Shown piece by piece: positions 1-13,920 of a DNA stretch of 64,000 nt. Location of the stretch: the NCBI GenBank assembly GCA_036172245.1, contig JAYWIR010000013.1, positions 186,001 through 250,000 of the forward strand, given 5' to 3'. The notes under the pieces are model-generated. The model was not told the origin of the DNA. It worked only from the letters and a program-made list of their open reading frames with translations, and ran no database searches. Within the stretch, counting starts at the first letter, position 1, and each line of letters starts with the position of its first letter. This stretch comes from Raillietiella orientalis (Eukaryota). The position numbers and the translations under genes were made by a program.

Positions 1-768
1 GTCTTCCAGGATCCTTCGACTGGGATCCAAGAGCTCGGGATTCTCTCGATTCCATCCTTTCCATCTCTGCGTTCCTTTCTTTCTCCAGGGAGTGTCCCGG
101 ATGCATCCTGGTATCCGTTCGGAGCAGAATTCTTTTACTTTTTTTCTTCTAAGTCAACTCCAAAGATCTGAGGGACCGACGTCTCCAGAGTTTTCCCGGG
201 TCACAGCGCTCCCACCGTGGAGGCTACCAAAGAGCATCTTCCCTTCATTCCTTGCAACTCCTTGAGCGCCTGCAGCGGTGGATAAAGCTCTTCCTTTGCC
301 AGAACTTATCTTCCATTCGTGGATAGCCCATGATGTTCTCCTTCTCTCCTTACCTTGACCAGTCTTTCCTCTACCTCGAAGGAGGAAGGATACCTATCCA
401 GCGCTATCTCGAAGGAGGGCTGGAAAGGCATCCAGGAAGGGAAGGATGAGAGGAGTGAAGAGGAGGAGGTTCGGAAGACGAGCGGTCGTTGTTTCCCGGC
501 AAACGCATCCCGTCCTCTCGGAGGATCACCCTTTGAACACGAATAGGAGGAAGAAGAGACATTTGGCGGCAGCGAGAGCCAGTTTCCCTCTTCTTCAAGG
601 AGAGGGCACCCCTGAAGTCTTCCTGTGGGAGGAGGAAAGTCCTCTTGAGCTTAGGTCACTCCCGCTCAAGAGAGGCTCGGGGCACGGGGGTGCCAGGGGA
701 AGGAAGGTGGCCGACCATTCTCCTAACTGACTGACTCTGCCTTGGTCTCTCTGAATGTCCTCCGGTAG

Positions 769-3631
769 TGTGCCGACTCCTGCGAAGGCGTCCAGACGAG
801 GAAGGTCGTTTGCATCCCGGGATCCTGCGACGCCCTCGAGGAACCCCAGCACACCCGACCTTGCATCGGGAGTAAGGAGGGAGGCAGCGCTTGCGCCGCT
901 GCGGGAAAATGGTTCGTCGGTAGCTGGTCCGAGGTAACCGAATCCCCCATCCCGCGCCCCACGCTTTGCCTTTCATCTCTCACTGTGCGCCAGCAGTTCT
1001 TACGCGGAGGGAGCGCAGCAGGCTGCTTCCCTACTTTCCTTTCCCTTTCCTTGTGCCCTTGACAAAGGAGGAGGAAAGGCGGAAGGGGAGGAAGCATGCA
1101 TGGGTCGAGACAGTAGATACTTGGGTTCCACCGATCCCTATGGTGTGTCGAAACGAGAGCCATCGAAGCAAAGGGGGGGATCGCTCGCTCGCTGGAAAGG
1201 TGGAAGCCGGACGGGGGAAGGGGCGCTCTGAATTCCGGCTAGGGTGCGTGCGCTCGACGTCTCCCATCCGAAGGCAGGAGGAGCGGTTGCTGCAGAGGGG
1301 TGGCGCGAGGGCAGGATGAGGACTGTGGAGCATTGGACTGGGGCGAAATGAGGATCCTCCCGAGATATCCGCCTGAGGAAAGTTCCGGGAGCCGTGGCCG
1401 CAGCTGGACGTGACGGCAAACAAAGCGCTTCCTCCCAGAATGACGCCTCTGAGGTGATCACCTGGAGAGCGGCGGACAGGACCGGTTCCCGCTCTTCGCT
1501 CCCTCTCTTGACCCTCCCGAGGGCGGAAGGCAGTTTCGTCCCCTCTCCTCCGAGGAGCGGAAAGACTCTGCCCCGGGGGCTGAGGGCCGAGGAGATACAG
1601 AGGCTCTGGGCGGTGATCCTCTCTTGCTTCCGAGAACGGAAGTAGCCCTAAGGCAAGTAACGCTCGAAGGAACGAGGAGGGGAGGGAGGAAACCGTGAGG
1701 AATTGGGATGAGAGCGAGGCGACTTCCCCCAAAAGGATGCCCGAGGAAAGAGCGGTTCTGTCCCGCCGGAGGGAGCAGCATTCCCTCTGAGACGACCTTC
1801 AGGACAGCTCTCCTCGACTTCATCTGAAAGAAGGTCCCATCCCTTCCCTCCCCACCACACCTCCGTTATCCGGTCTGCTCCTCTCTTTCATTCCTGCTTT
1901 TAGTGCTCCGCCGACTGCGGGTTCGGCATGCAGACGCGGCACGTCGTATGCCTCCGCCGATTCAGAGGTCACCTGGTAACCGCACTGCCACACCTATGCC
2001 CTGCAGACTTCAGGCCTGACGAGCGCCGAAGATGCAGCCTCTTCCCTTGCGACTCCGAGTGGTACATGACGGAGTGGAGCGAGGTAGAAGGGGGAGAGAG
2101 GGATGATGCAGTCCGGCGAACTGACCGTGGCGACCTCCTGCGGATATCTCAGTGCTCCAGGGCCTGCGGCGGGGGCACCCAGACGAGGGAGGCTCACTGC
2201 CTGGACCACCGCAAGAAGAACTCAACTGCGTGCGAGCCTCTGCCGATGGGCCACACGACCCGCAGCTGCAACACTCACGACTGCCCCACCAATGAAGGTA
2301 AGGGCTCCCTTTCCGTCAAGAATCCTCCTCTCCACTGGAAGAGGGCGGAGAAGCGCCCGAGGGGACGTCCCCGAGGGATCGCAGAGAGTGGGAGGGCGGA
2401 GGATCAGGATCGACGACCTTCCTCCTTCTGCTCGAAGACTCCGCACTCCCTTTTCTTCTAGATGAATTCCTCCCTCAAATCACGCTGAGAGACAGTGATG
2501 CCCCCGCCGAAGTGGTCCAGAACGTGGAAGGGGATTCCGCGTACGACGTGAGTACGACGACAGAAGAGAGCTCGGAGGAGGGAAGCGCAGGAGAGGAATC
2601 CGATTCCCTGCTTTCCATCAAGCAGGACTCGGGGAAAACGCCTCCAGGTATGGGTTGTCCTTTCCCGGGCGCCGGGCGCCCGTTACTCGCCAGTGAAAGG
2701 ACGTCGACGGACGCCTGAGATCCGAAAACCGCCTCGAGGCACACGACCGGACGCAGGTGGGGTCACGCGGACGAACGTGTGCACGCAAGCTGCTTTCTCA
2801 GCCTCGTGCTCGAGAAGTTCGGGGTCATAGGAGTTGTAGCAACCAGGGTTCCCAGTGTTGCTACCCCTCCCTCCAGCTGGTCAACCTCGTTGCTGAGGTT
2901 GCTGAGTAGATTTCGGACTTTGGGATGCTCGCTCGCCCTTCATCGTGGAAGATTCTTTGGGGGAGAGAAGTCGCGTACTCTTCGCAGAGGATAGTGACTA
3001 TCCCGTCCTAGCTGATCAAGCCCTCGTGACTCTAGGGAGCGAATTTTGTCGCCTCACGGGGCAAGGAGGAAGAGAAGCTGCGTCTTCTGCCGTGGCAACG
3101 AACAGACGACCACGCTGTTGTGGAGTTCTTGATCCAAATCTTCCCCCGAGTCTCAGTGCTTTCTTTGCTGCCAGTACACGAAGAGCAAACTTTCACTCCT
3201 CCCGCTTTTGTCTTTTGTGTTGGGGTGGGAAGCATCCTAGTCTCTGAGGGCGAAGAGGCACCGCTCGCCGTCTCCGTCTTCTGCCGTCTTCGAAAGTGCC
3301 TCAAAGCGGTGGCAGCATCCTCAGAAGTACCGCGACGTCTCCGGGACCCCCGGCTTCCTCCCACCATCGACGGTGCTCGGAGGTGCCAAAAGACACCACG
3401 ATCAGTCCAGGAGCCACCCAGGAACCATTCACGGGAACAGTCGACCGAAATTCGGCGTCTTCATGGGTTCCTTCCGCTAACTGATCTTTCTTTCTGTCTT
3501 CCTCAGATACCCCTTGCGAAGATCGGCTGAGCACCTGTAAGGTCGTGGTGCAAGCGAGGCTGTGCAGACTGGCCTTCTACCATGGCGCCTGCTGCCAGAG
3601 TTGCGGGAAGGCGACCTCGAAAGAGACGTAG
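769..3631 (+). CDS. THSD4: ADAMTS-like protein, THSD4/ADAMTSL4-like (Drosophila loh-like); 3' part only, 5 exons: 769-933, 1904-2083, 2153-2297, 2462-2647, 3507-3631
   Basis: The GT-AG exons join in frame (801 nt including TAG). They encode TSP1 repeats (CADSCEGVQTRKVVC...WFVGSWSE; CSADCGFGMQTRHVVC...WYMTEWSE; CSRACGGGTQTREAHC...CNTHDC), an acidic Ser/Glu linker, and a terminal PLAC domain CEDRLSTCKVVVQARLCRLAFYHGACCQSC. The VVQARLC PLAC motif matches THSD4/ADAMTSL4 as I recall them. The 5' exons lie upstream of the window, and exact orthology is not proven. Confidence 0.88.
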
Positions 3632-3752
3632 CGGTCTCTCCCCCCTTTTTTCTGGACCTTCCCGCACTTGGATAATCGGGAGGCCTCCTGTCCATCGTCC
3701 GGCAGAATCCTCGGAGAAACTTTATCTTCTGCCCGAGGAGAGCCGCAACACC

Positions 3753-3758
3753 AATAAA
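3753..3758 (+). terminator. candidate polyadenylation signal of the ADAMTS-like gene
   Basis: AATAAA about 120 nt after the TAG stop. Confidence 0.4.
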
Positions 3759-4439
3759 ATGATGGTGCTTTTTTTCCACGTCTTTTTCGCCTTGACCACT
3801 TGTGGCAGCTCTCTGAGCATGGCCATCTCAGACCCATCTGCATCATTTCGGCCGTGCCGCCCCCGGCACCGAGTTGCGGCTACCGCATCTCCTGTCCTTT
3901 TCTCCAGCTTTAAACAGGACCCTCTTCCCTCTTCCGACAGGACCTCTTCGGCCGGAGATCGAAAGGTCGTCCTCCCGACGGTTGGCCGGCTGGGAACCTT
4001 CCGGCAAAACTGGAATCGAAACTGGAATCCTTGTCCTTCCCCAGTCCACTCGAGGAACATCCACGTGTCCTCCTCGATGCACCACCGTTCCCATCCTGCT
4101 TACCAAACGGCCACTACACTTCGTTCCCTCCGCACTGTGTGCGAGGGATGCGGTGCGCGGGAGGGTCGAATGGTCCTCACATGGTACCTTAGGTCGTCGG
4201 CTGTCTCCTCCTCTGCAGCACTTCCGGTCGTCGGCTGCTTTCCGGCTGCCCTCTGCTGGCGTATCCGGAAATCCTTCGAGATCGGATCCTTCGAGGTTCC
4301 AGTCCGCGATGAACTTCCGGGATGGATGACCACCCGAGATTTAAAACTTCTTTTTTGTGGTTTGCTGAGTACTGAGGAGCCTCTAGTCTCCTCGAGGGGA
4401 GGGGGAGGGGGCATCGGGGAGTCTCGATACTGCAGTCAT

Positions 4440-5110
4440 CCGAGGATGCGTGTGACTCTTCAAGTTATAGGCTCACGCCGGAGGGACCACCTTATGAATC
4501 CAAGAAGGGTTCCAAAGGAAGGAGTCCGTTCCTCTTTCGCTTGGATTGCTTCCGAAGCGAATCCCGAAGGGAATCTCTTTCTTCCACTCCACTTCCAATC
4601 CACTCCTCGCTCCTCCTCTGAAGGGAACCCGCAGGGGAACCTCTCCCTGTTATCTCCTCTGAAGAGAACCCCGAAGTGGTACCCCTCAATTTCTTGAAGG
4701 ACTCTTCCCGGAGGAAGCAGCGTGCTTCTTAGCATTCTGGAGAGACAATCCCCTGAGGAAGGTGTGATACAGCTTCATGGTACGCTATAGAGGTTGTCCT
4801 CCCCGAGGGGGATGGGGCGGCTCCCTTTTTCGCGACCGGAGAAGAACCTTGAAGGGAGCCGGCTCCTTGCTTCCTGGGAGGAACTGGGAAGGTCGACTCC
4901 CACTTCCGGAGGCCAGTCAACAGGGGCATCCGGCTTCCATCAGTGACGCACCCGAACCCCGTGATATGCACAACCGGCGTCATCTTGCGGGAAGCACGTG
5001 AAACCCACGAAGAACCCATTTCTTGACATCAGTCCTTCACGGGATGGAAGGGGAGGGGCCCGAACCCGCAACGTTTGGTACCATGAGCGGAAGTCGTGGC
5101 CACCCGGCTG
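4440..5110 (+). repeat. unclassified dispersed repeat, copy 1, with internal ~40-bp subrepeats
   Basis: Shares blocks with three other loci: ccgaggRtgcg, tgaatccaRgaagg, gaagagaaccccgaag, cagctYcatggtacgc, ctccttgcttcct, gcgtcatcttgc. Confidence 0.75.
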
Positions 5111-5399
5111 CCGATGTGGACCATCCCGTATTTTTTTTTGTTCCCTGGTCATGCCGGAGCGTTTATTTTATAAAAAACAAACCAGGCGGGAACGCAGTTC
5201 TCAGTCAAAGACCACAGAGGTTCAAGAGGAGGGTCCACCAACACGCTGGCGTCGCGATAACGGAAAGTCCAGAACGAAGGAGTGATGCAAGGAGAACAAA
5301 ATGAAACAAAATAAAATAAAATGAATTCGGTGGGATGGGGCAGGGAGCTCCGCGTTCGTTCCGTGTGCACCGGGAGCGAAACGAACCCCCATATTCCTA

Positions 5400-6200
5400 G
5401 GCTGCAATGTTGGGCGCCATGAGAATCTCGCTTGTTGACTTCACTCAGAGAAGACGGGAGCACTTGCTTGAGGAGAACCGGTTCTCGATTTCACATACCG
5501 AGAGGCATGTACTCTGCGTTCTCCGCCTATGCGGATTCTTCGGAGCACCCCTGCCCGACTTGGGTCACCGGCGACGCATCCAAAACGGGCCGGCTTCAAG
5601 TGGCTGACCCTGCGTCGTGGGTGTAAACTGCGTGGAGCCGGTTGCGAGGTGGAACTGCCCCTTATGCCAATGACTATTTGCTGACTTCATCTGTGTTTAA
5701 CCACGAGCTGATAACACACCCTGCATTGCACATGACGGTCGCGCGTGCCGCACGGTGGTGGCGTGAGGGCGAAAGCGCGCTTCGACCCACTGGGGTCGCG
5801 AACATACATGATGCAGCGAGAACACGTGGCGCCCACGTACTGTGGCGAGACCCACGGAAGTGCAGCGAGGGACTCGTACGAGGACAAGAATCTCCTTGGA
5901 GACGAAGCACAGCGATGGTGGTCCGGGCCGGTTTACGGCGGTGCACAGCGGCGACTCCTGGCGCATAGCAGCACCGGCCGTCTAAGTGGCGAAGGTGGTG
6001 ACATAGGCACTTCGGTCTCCTGGAGACGGCGGGCTCTCGTGGTTCGGATATGGCGGTGGTTTTCCCTAGATCCGCGTGGAGCCCACGGGATGCAACCTCT
6101 TCGCCCTTGGCTCCCGGAGATTTGCACGCTCGCACGAAGCTGGTCGTGTCCTCCGGTCACCTCTTTCCGGGGACGATGGCTGCAGCCTCTGCGAGAAAAC
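5400..6200 (+). mobile_element. degenerate L1/Tx1-like non-LTR retrotransposon fragment(s)
   Basis: Frameshifted peptide remnants resemble the LINE ORF2 C-terminus (HPCPTWVTGDAS, like the CPxCGxxDxS zinc knuckle). Weak, judged by eye. Confidence 0.3.
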
Positions 6201-9200
6201 AGGCCCTTGCGGGGGGGCACCCGTGGCGACGCCTTTAGAAAAGGAAAACGGAAGAAGGAGGAGGGGTGCGCGTGCGGTCGATCCGCTCGGCTCGTCCCCT
6301 GGGTAACTCCGCTGCCTCACCCGCTCTGCAAGAGCTAGGGCGGACGGTCGGCGCCGGCCTCGTCATTTTTGGAGTTAGGGGGGTATAGTACGCCTCTCCC
6401 AGCGGAGAGGGCGGGAAAGCGCAAGGAAGGAGGGAGCCAGGAGGAAAAAACCACACGAGCGCGGAGCGTTTCTCCTGGGCGCCCAAGGGACCCGAGAGAT
6501 CTCGCCACTGTTTTTCCCGGAGGAGCGGGCGGGCACCGTCGCTTCCCACGGCGCGATCTTCGGAAGCCGGCGGAAAAAACAAGTCCGTCAAAGTGATGTG
6601 TGTGGGGGGAGGACGGCGGGGCACGGGAAACAACAGCAGGCATTCATTGACCGAAGAGGACGCCTCCTAGAGCACACAAAAGATTCCACCCGTTGTTTTC
6701 CGTGAGACCGGCGTCTGAGTTATTGGCGGGGGGGACCGTGGTGGCGGGGGAGGAGGAGGAAAAGAAAGGGAGGAAGCATCGTTCCTCTCCCATTCCATGC
6801 CTGCCTGGCAAATTCGAGAATGTCCGGCCCCTCCGGCTGGGAGGAGCAAAAAAAGCACGAAGAGGAAGAAGAAAAAGAAAAAAAGGGTCTTCATCCGTAT
6901 CCATAACTCTCCTTGCGACGGGAAGATGCTTTCTCATCCGGCAAGCGTCTCCCGAGAAACTTAAGGACCGCCTTCGTGGTGCCTCTCTCTGGAGGGGCAA
7001 ACGGACCGCACCGCCGCAGGTGGACGGCGAGAAAAGAGTAGCACAGGTCACGTCTCCGGGGGAAAAGCCGACACTGACGCTACCTCGAAAGACAAGTGGA
7101 AAAGCCACACGCTCACGCGGCCGTTCCACTGGTCCACCCTCGTCGTCGGCGCAGGAGAAGCTTCCCCCAATAGTCGCAGGCAAAGAGGCGGGCAGTCCGC
7201 CTAGGGACCAAGGGGGGTGGTCGGAAGGTGCCGGGAGCCTCGGGCGCCCTTCCAACCTGCGGCAACGGGCGGAGAGCGTCCGTCCCGTCCGGGACCACGA
7301 CCCGCGAGTCAGCCTCTTTGCACATCGGCCCACTCTAGAGGCCTTCTGGCACCCTAGACTCTCTGACCACAAGGTCCCTGGGGTCAGGAGTAGTTCCGGG
7401 AACCCGAGGGACTTCCGGCTTCCTCTCGGATTCATCGGCACGACTGGGAAACAGGACCGCTCTCTGCTGGCGGCCTGTCCTCTCGACCTGCCAGCTCACC
7501 ACGGACTTCCGGTCGTAAACAGCGCAGCATTCCGGAGACCTGCGGAACACCAGAAGAAACCATTAGAAAAAGTGACGAAGGCGTTGGCGCCACAGGGGCG
7601 TCCAGCCAACCATCCTCTAGCGCGATGGAGCCGAACCCTCCTCCTCCTCCGTAACCGTCCCTCATCCTGGGAAGAAAATGGCTACAGTAGAGGCCCGGGG
7701 TTGCCGGGAAGACGAACTTGTGCAGCGAGAGTGACTTGGACCATCTCTCCCTGCGGAAGCTGCACTGCTCCGGAATGGAAGACCCGGAGATGGCAGGCGG
7801 AGCCACCTCCGGCAGGAAGAAGGACAGCAGCCTGAGCCCCGTGGGCACGTGACTTTCTCCGAGACTTCTATCCTTCCCTTCGACCCGGACCTAACTGCAG
7901 AGAGCCTCACTGGGAAGGAGCCGTTTGTCACTAGCAGGGATGAGATACCTGCTGCGGCGAGCGGAAGAGGCGAAGGAAACCGCGCAAGCACGCTCCTACT
8001 GGTTCCCGGAACGTTCTTATCTCCCCGAAAGATTAGAAAGCCCCCGCGCATCGCTGAAAGAAAGCCCTCGGAAAAACAAAACCAAGGCTTCTATCCCATG
8101 CCGTCCATCCATCATCACAGGAGCGCAGATCTCTGGGACGAAGGCGCCCGGCTGACGGTCTGTCGAGGAATTCCCTGCGATTTCTCCGAACGTCCTGCCA
8201 TCTCCTGCCGATAGGGATGCGCCAAGCTGGGCGGGGAGGACGTATCCTTGCACGCGTTTGCGCGGACCCTTGGTGAGGAGCTAGATGCTCTTCCAAATCC
8301 TCGGTTCCCAAAGTACAGAAGGGCAACTCTGCTGCTTCCAGAGCTCTTCTCGAAGCGGGCGGTGTCAGCTGAGCGTGTTTGTGGCTCGGAATGCTGAGGG
8401 GAACTTCTCAGAGCGATCTTCCAGCCACGCTGGTTTTTCGGGAAGCCCTCTGCAGCTTCCATTAGAAGACTACTGTTGGAATGGACCGCGTGCCGGTCAA
8501 TCAGCAGAACTCATCTGTAGAAACGAGTGGTTTTTGTTCCTCCTTTTGGATGCGACCGGGGATTTACTAACCCGGAATCGCAATGGACCATCCAATGCTC
8601 CTCCTCGAAGGGAGGGGAAAAAGCTGTAAAATTCGAGTAATTGCGCGATTTCCTCATCGGCAAATAACAGTGAGCGGTTGGGTGGTGATGGACTTCCCCG
8701 CCCGGCACCGAGCTCTCCATCGTCCGTTCGTGACGTCTCGTCTTGAGCACCGGCATTCTGCTCCGAGTGGTTGGACGGCAAGGCAAGAAAATGATTGATC
8801 TTTAATGGGAAAATGGCACTTGACTCTCATTAGATAGCACGCTTTATGGGCCCAGCATTACTCTTTTAAATCGAAGCAGCCTTTTTTTTTTTTTTTTACA
8901 ACTCTACCAGACTACCACGAATCTTCAAGCAGGGCTACTGATAAGAGAAAATTTTAACGAGAGCTATTCAACAGACGGATTTTATCTCAGAAAAGCAAAA
9001 CTGTCTGCAGTTAACGCACAGGAAGATAACTGGAAAGGCTGATTGCATTTGCTCACGCTGCCGAGAAGTTGCCCATTGGTAATGCGTCCGTCCTCCTGAA
9101 CAGCATTCCCTGGAACCCATAAAAGGAAAACAATTCGGACTCTTTTGCATTTTAATTCGGTTGTGTAAAAATTACTTCCGTTGATGAACCCGTTGTGTAG

Positions 9201-10149
9201 CGGCCACTGTCGACGGTGCAACCTGGCAAAACACTTGGTTTCTCGAAAGGCTTTGCCTCACACCCGCTAAAAGTCACGACCCCAACTCGTTGATGCCAGC
9301 ACTCGGCACGCAGCTGATTTCACTTGGAACGTCTCGTTGGGAGAACCGACTCGCGTCTTTTGGCTTCCTCTGCTCTGATGGGACGGTGGCTCGCACGTCC
9401 GCAAGCTGACTTTGACCGAGCTCGCGCCTCGGCGTGGCACTTTGGGCAGAGATGAGCTTTCACCAGCGCGGGAAATTTTTCCTCTGCCGTCGATGAGCGC
9501 GCATTTTCGGAAGAGATTATTTACACGTGCGTTCGGATGTTAGGAGGCGGCTTCAGCAATTTTCCCAGGGAAAATAACACGCTGCATGTTTCATCCAGCA
9601 CGAAGGATGATTCAGGAAGCGTTATTTTTGTACTTAAGAAAACAAGGGGGAAAAAAAAAAAAAAAAAAACAGACGTTTCTAAGCAACGAGTACTTTCCTC
9701 TAAACTCCAGACCTTTTCATCTTCAGGGGATTGTTGATTCTGATCAGCAAGTCCACAGAGCTGAATTCGAATAGCACTCGACTGCTCTTTCAATTCAAAG
9801 AGCTCATTTCCGAAATGAAAATCGGGAACCCTTCGTCCACTCATTTACTTGATTTACCCAACTTTGCTCTTTTTGACAATGGCATGTAACCGGATGTGGA
9901 TCGTGAAAGATGTTTTGCTGGACGTCCTGGAAGCTCCTACAAGAATCCGAGAAAATATGCAAATTTCCAGGATTCGAAATGGACAATCGGCAGTTTAAAG
10001 GCTGACCCTCGTCTGAAGCCTAAAGCGGCAGTCAGCCATGAAGTGCTCTGGAGATATTTTTTCTTTTCAATATATTAAACTGTACTAAAGGATTAAAGTT
10101 TCAAAGTGGGAGGTGTCATTTTTCTTTTAATTTAACACGTTCTCGTATT

Positions 10150-10390
10150 CCAATGGGTATATATACATATATATAAACCATGAGATACAAGAACTTGGAA
10201 CATCCCTATAATATATATGTGTGTGTGTATTCCATATGTATATAAATACATAAATCTTATATATATAAATATATCTTCTTATATAGATAAATATATAAAT
10301 CATTGGAATAAAAGAACTGTATATGTATTTATTTAAATGCCCTGGAATGCAAAAACCTGTGTTTAATGTGTGTGTATATAAAGGAGTATA
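10150..10390. repeat. AT-rich low-complexity (TA)n/(TG)n region
   Basis: Runs of tatatata and tgtgtgtg are directly visible. Confidence 0.75.
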
Positions 10391-13279
10391 AAAAACGCTT
10401 CAGCTTAGGTTTTGAGTTGTAGATTGTAGCTTCGTAGAAATGGGGAAGGTGGCACCAAGTTATCATAAACTTGATAGAAAGCCTGAAAATCACCCGTTCA
10501 TTTCAGAGGGACTGAGAGCGGAAATCTTGTAGACTTGATCAGCTGCGTTTTCCTTCTGCAGAGTACTCCATAAAGATTCAGATTCCGCCCATGACTGGGG
10601 AGGGGACGGAGGAGGAAAAACGAAAATGAAGACCCTTCTACAAGGATCTTTATCTTGCTACAACTCCCACAAGGAGTTGGAGCGTATGCATCTTGTACGA
10701 TTCATCTAGAAGGAGGCACGATTTTTCGGAGCCCCGTCATCAACTTTGTGATAACTTTGTGATAATTCATTAACAGACAAAGGAACCATGAAAGAAAAAA
10801 CCAGGAAAGAACCGATGGATACAGGCGGTTTGTGAGGGAGGGGAGACAAATATGGAAGCAAATTTGCTTAACTTTGCAAAAATAATGCTTGTTGAAAATA
10901 ATGCTTCTAAAAATGATATTTGATCTTATTTTTTTGTATTTCAAATCTGTTCTGTAACTGCTTTTCCCGTCCAACAAATATTGACAACGGAAACGTTCAG
11001 GTGTAGGCTTCCCACCTCGTCCACAGATGGACTCCTTTGAGCATCCACTGACCACACCAGCAGGAGTGAAGAGCCATCTCTATTATCACATCGTTAATTT
11101 CAGCAATAAGGAAGCTGAAAAGAGGGTGCACCTGATTCTCTCGAGCCACGATGCATCATCAATGGTGAAAACCGAACCGACGGGTCAGCCGAATTCACTA
11201 TTCACGGCTGGTGGATGCTGGAGTGGCGGAGAATTTCCCTCGGAAGGAAACTGAGCATCTCAGTAGCTGCGGAGCACGACGGCATCCATCTCTTCCGAAG
11301 GGCGGAAAGCCTCGTTCCACGAAACGCCCCTGAAAGTGGTCTCTGACCCCATGGGAGACAAGATCACCAGACTTGAACGATTGCAGCTTCCCGGAAAAGC
11401 GGTGCTGCCAATCGATGAGGGTGGCGCGCTCCGCTTGCGGAAATGGTGCCAGCCGGGAATTCGGTAGGGCGATGATCTGAGGGAAGTCCGAGTCTTGCGG
11501 AACCCGAAGTGGGGAGCCCCCTGACTCAAGATGGCGCGAAGCAGAGACAGGCTTCCACCCGCCACCGAAGTCACTCCATCCTCACGTTCTGGAAACTCTT
11601 TCTCAGAAAACGCGGACGCACCCGAGGCAGCATGGAGAGGCGCGGCGGCCTTTGTCCCGCCGCTCGAGCGTTCTGGCAAAAAGGGGATCAAAAGGGCTGC
11701 AACAGGCCCCCGTAGCCATTCATTCCGCTGGCAATCCCAAGCTGTATCTAGAGGAAAGATGGTTTGTCCCATGTCCAGAAGATCCGTGAGCCTGCGCGTC
11801 GGGGGATGAGCACCGCGGGAGTCCGCCCCAGCTGGACCTCTGGAGGAAGAATCCGCCTTGCTTCCTCACGGTTCCTTTGCGCGCCGGTCGAATCCTCTGG
11901 TCGACAGGCGGCGAATCTGACTACGCCCTGCGGCTGAGCAGCGGGGAATGAACAGCTCGTTTCCAGGAGACTTTTCCGACCGAGGCGTATGATCTGATCT
12001 CTCCCCTGCCCTTCCCCTGGATCGGAGAGGAGCCCCACGGAAGCATTGACGTCACGGCCGCTCCTACTGGCAGGCGAATAAGAGGAAGGGGATGCCAGGC
12101 GGCGCACCCAAGCTGCCGAGGGAGCAGACGGCTACTCGAAGATGGCTCGCACGGCGATCGCCTCGAGGAGAGTGGTCGCCGGGAGTCCTGAAAGTCGGAG
12201 AGGAAGCGAAGTGCGAGGAAGGTCGCGGGGATCACCCTACTCTCGAGGGCACGGAGGTGGTCACCCAGGAGAGTCCTTCTCCATTCCTGCCTACTGAGCT
12301 GTGCGCTTGCACGCCGAGAGGGAGGGACGCGTCGCGGGGGCCCATCCCCAATCTGAACCCCTGTCCAGCAGCTGCGGAAAGTGTCCATCTCGGGATGATG
12401 GAAGATGATCTCCTCCAAGCGCGGAGCTTGCTCGGATGTTTTTCTCGAGGACCGCTTGAACCTGGTTGCCTCTCGTCTTTAAACTCCACAGCGCTGCCTC
12501 CTGTCTTCCCTCTCGGGAAAGGGGATCCTTCGCAGGATACAGCAGTGAAAGCAGCTTGCTCGGTTCGTCAGCAAGAAGGCGCCTCTTTCTCGTCCGTGGA
12601 CGAGAGACCTGAACAAAATCGAGGACGGCCATCTTCAGAGGGGTTGATCGAGAGGGAAGAGGATGCTGGATGGAGCGGAAGGGAGTCTGCACGGAAATTG
12701 TCCCGTTCCATGGTCATCTTGCTGCTTCCGTCTTATTGGACAGGAACCTTCGCCTCCGCCTTCCGGACCGTGCTCGTCCCTGGCGCGCGACAAGGGCGCA
12801 TGATAGGGGAATCCTGGGGGTCCCGGTTTCCGCATCCCTTCATCTCCTCGTTTCATTCCCTCCCCCTTTCCTTCCCTAGCTGCCCGCCGACTCTTCTCAG
12901 GCACTGAAAACTCGGCGAGGAGATGCGGCCTTGGTCCATTTGCAGCGGGAGTGAACCACCCCAGGGCAAACAGGCAAACGTCCCCTGGGCCAGCATCCCT
13001 TTGCGAGCATGCCCTCGAAGCAAGAAGGGATCACGTCAGTCGCGAGGAAGTCAGAGGATGAGGTCCGACCCCTCCCCAAGTTCGTCCGAAGCCGTTCCGA
13101 TGACTTTGGATGACCTTGAGAAGATCCTCTCGGAGATGGACAACGGCTACCAGCGCCCGCTCTCTGCGCCCCTCCTTTTTGTTTGTTTGCCAGCGGGTGG
13201 TGGCTGTGTGTTTTCTTCCCCCCATTCCTTGTGTGGAATGTGTCTTACTATTATTGGTATCATTATTGACCAATGCGCG

Positions 13280-13920
13280 CCATCGTCTTTGTCGTCGTCA
13301 TTTGCGCCTTCACGATGCCTTCAGGGAGCCGTGGGACTCCGCGGGCAGCGACGGGATGCCCAGCCTCGAGGACTCACAAGCGAAGCACCTCTGCTGCCGA
13401 GTGCCTTTCCGCAGTAGCCAGTAGCGGCTGGCTTCTGCAGGACAGTGGTCGACTCTTCCTTGGGCGTCCTGTGCACTTCCTTTCGACACAGCTGCCCCAC
13501 ATCAAGCGTGGCACATCGTCAGTCACCCTCTGGACCTCCGGAAATGATTCTTCGACGTGAGCAGACCTCAGATGGGGACGCGTTGTCCGACTGCTTTCTT
13601 CTTTCATTCTTCTTTTTCACCACCGTGCGCCCAATTTCCAGGTTCCTTTATCCGATTAGTGGACTGCACTGGTGTCCAAGAGGTTTCCCCCACACGGAAC
13701 CTCCGTCCGACGTTCGTGAGCCTCGACTCCTCCACATTTCATCCTTCCATTCTTTTCGCAACGTCACACCTCCTGATCTTTAGAGACGTGGCAGAGTTCT
13801 TGGAACGAATAGGTGTGCAGGAAGTTCGCTGCTCCTCCCGTGGTAAGCCTTCATTTCCGATGTATAGCTGTGAGAGGAATGGCCGCCGCCGTTCGTCATC
13901 TTTCGTTCTGATCACGCCGG
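13280..13920 (+). mobile_element. degenerate L1/Tx1-like LINE 3' end
   Basis: Peptide DSSLG...SCP...GPPEMI...DALS...ISRFL resembles a region after the CCHC knuckle. It ends in a ctgatcacgccgg variant of the shared 3' motif. Confidence 0.4.

Noticed and set aside
2831..2871. Small inverted repeat gtagcaac...gttgctac in an ADAMTS-like intron
   Set aside because: An 8-bp perfect stem is near chance expectation.
3582..4697. 371-aa ORF
   Set aside because: It overlaps the PLAC exon out of frame and runs through UTR and repeat DNA. It has no domain and is expected by chance in GC-rich sequence.
6693..7835. 380-aa Arg/Gly/Pro-rich ORF, with an antisense 265-aa ORF
   Set aside because: Non-ATG start, low-complexity composition and no recognisable motifs. 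It is probably a GC-rich repeat remnant. I looked for DIRS RT/RNase H/tyrosine recombinase motifs and found none.
11027..11254. ORF faintly resembling a Gypsy RT N-terminal region
   Set aside because: No conserved SPW or YxDD motif visible.
12092..12907. 271-aa ORF
   Set aside because: No domain or splice support; GC-rich decayed repeat-like sequence.
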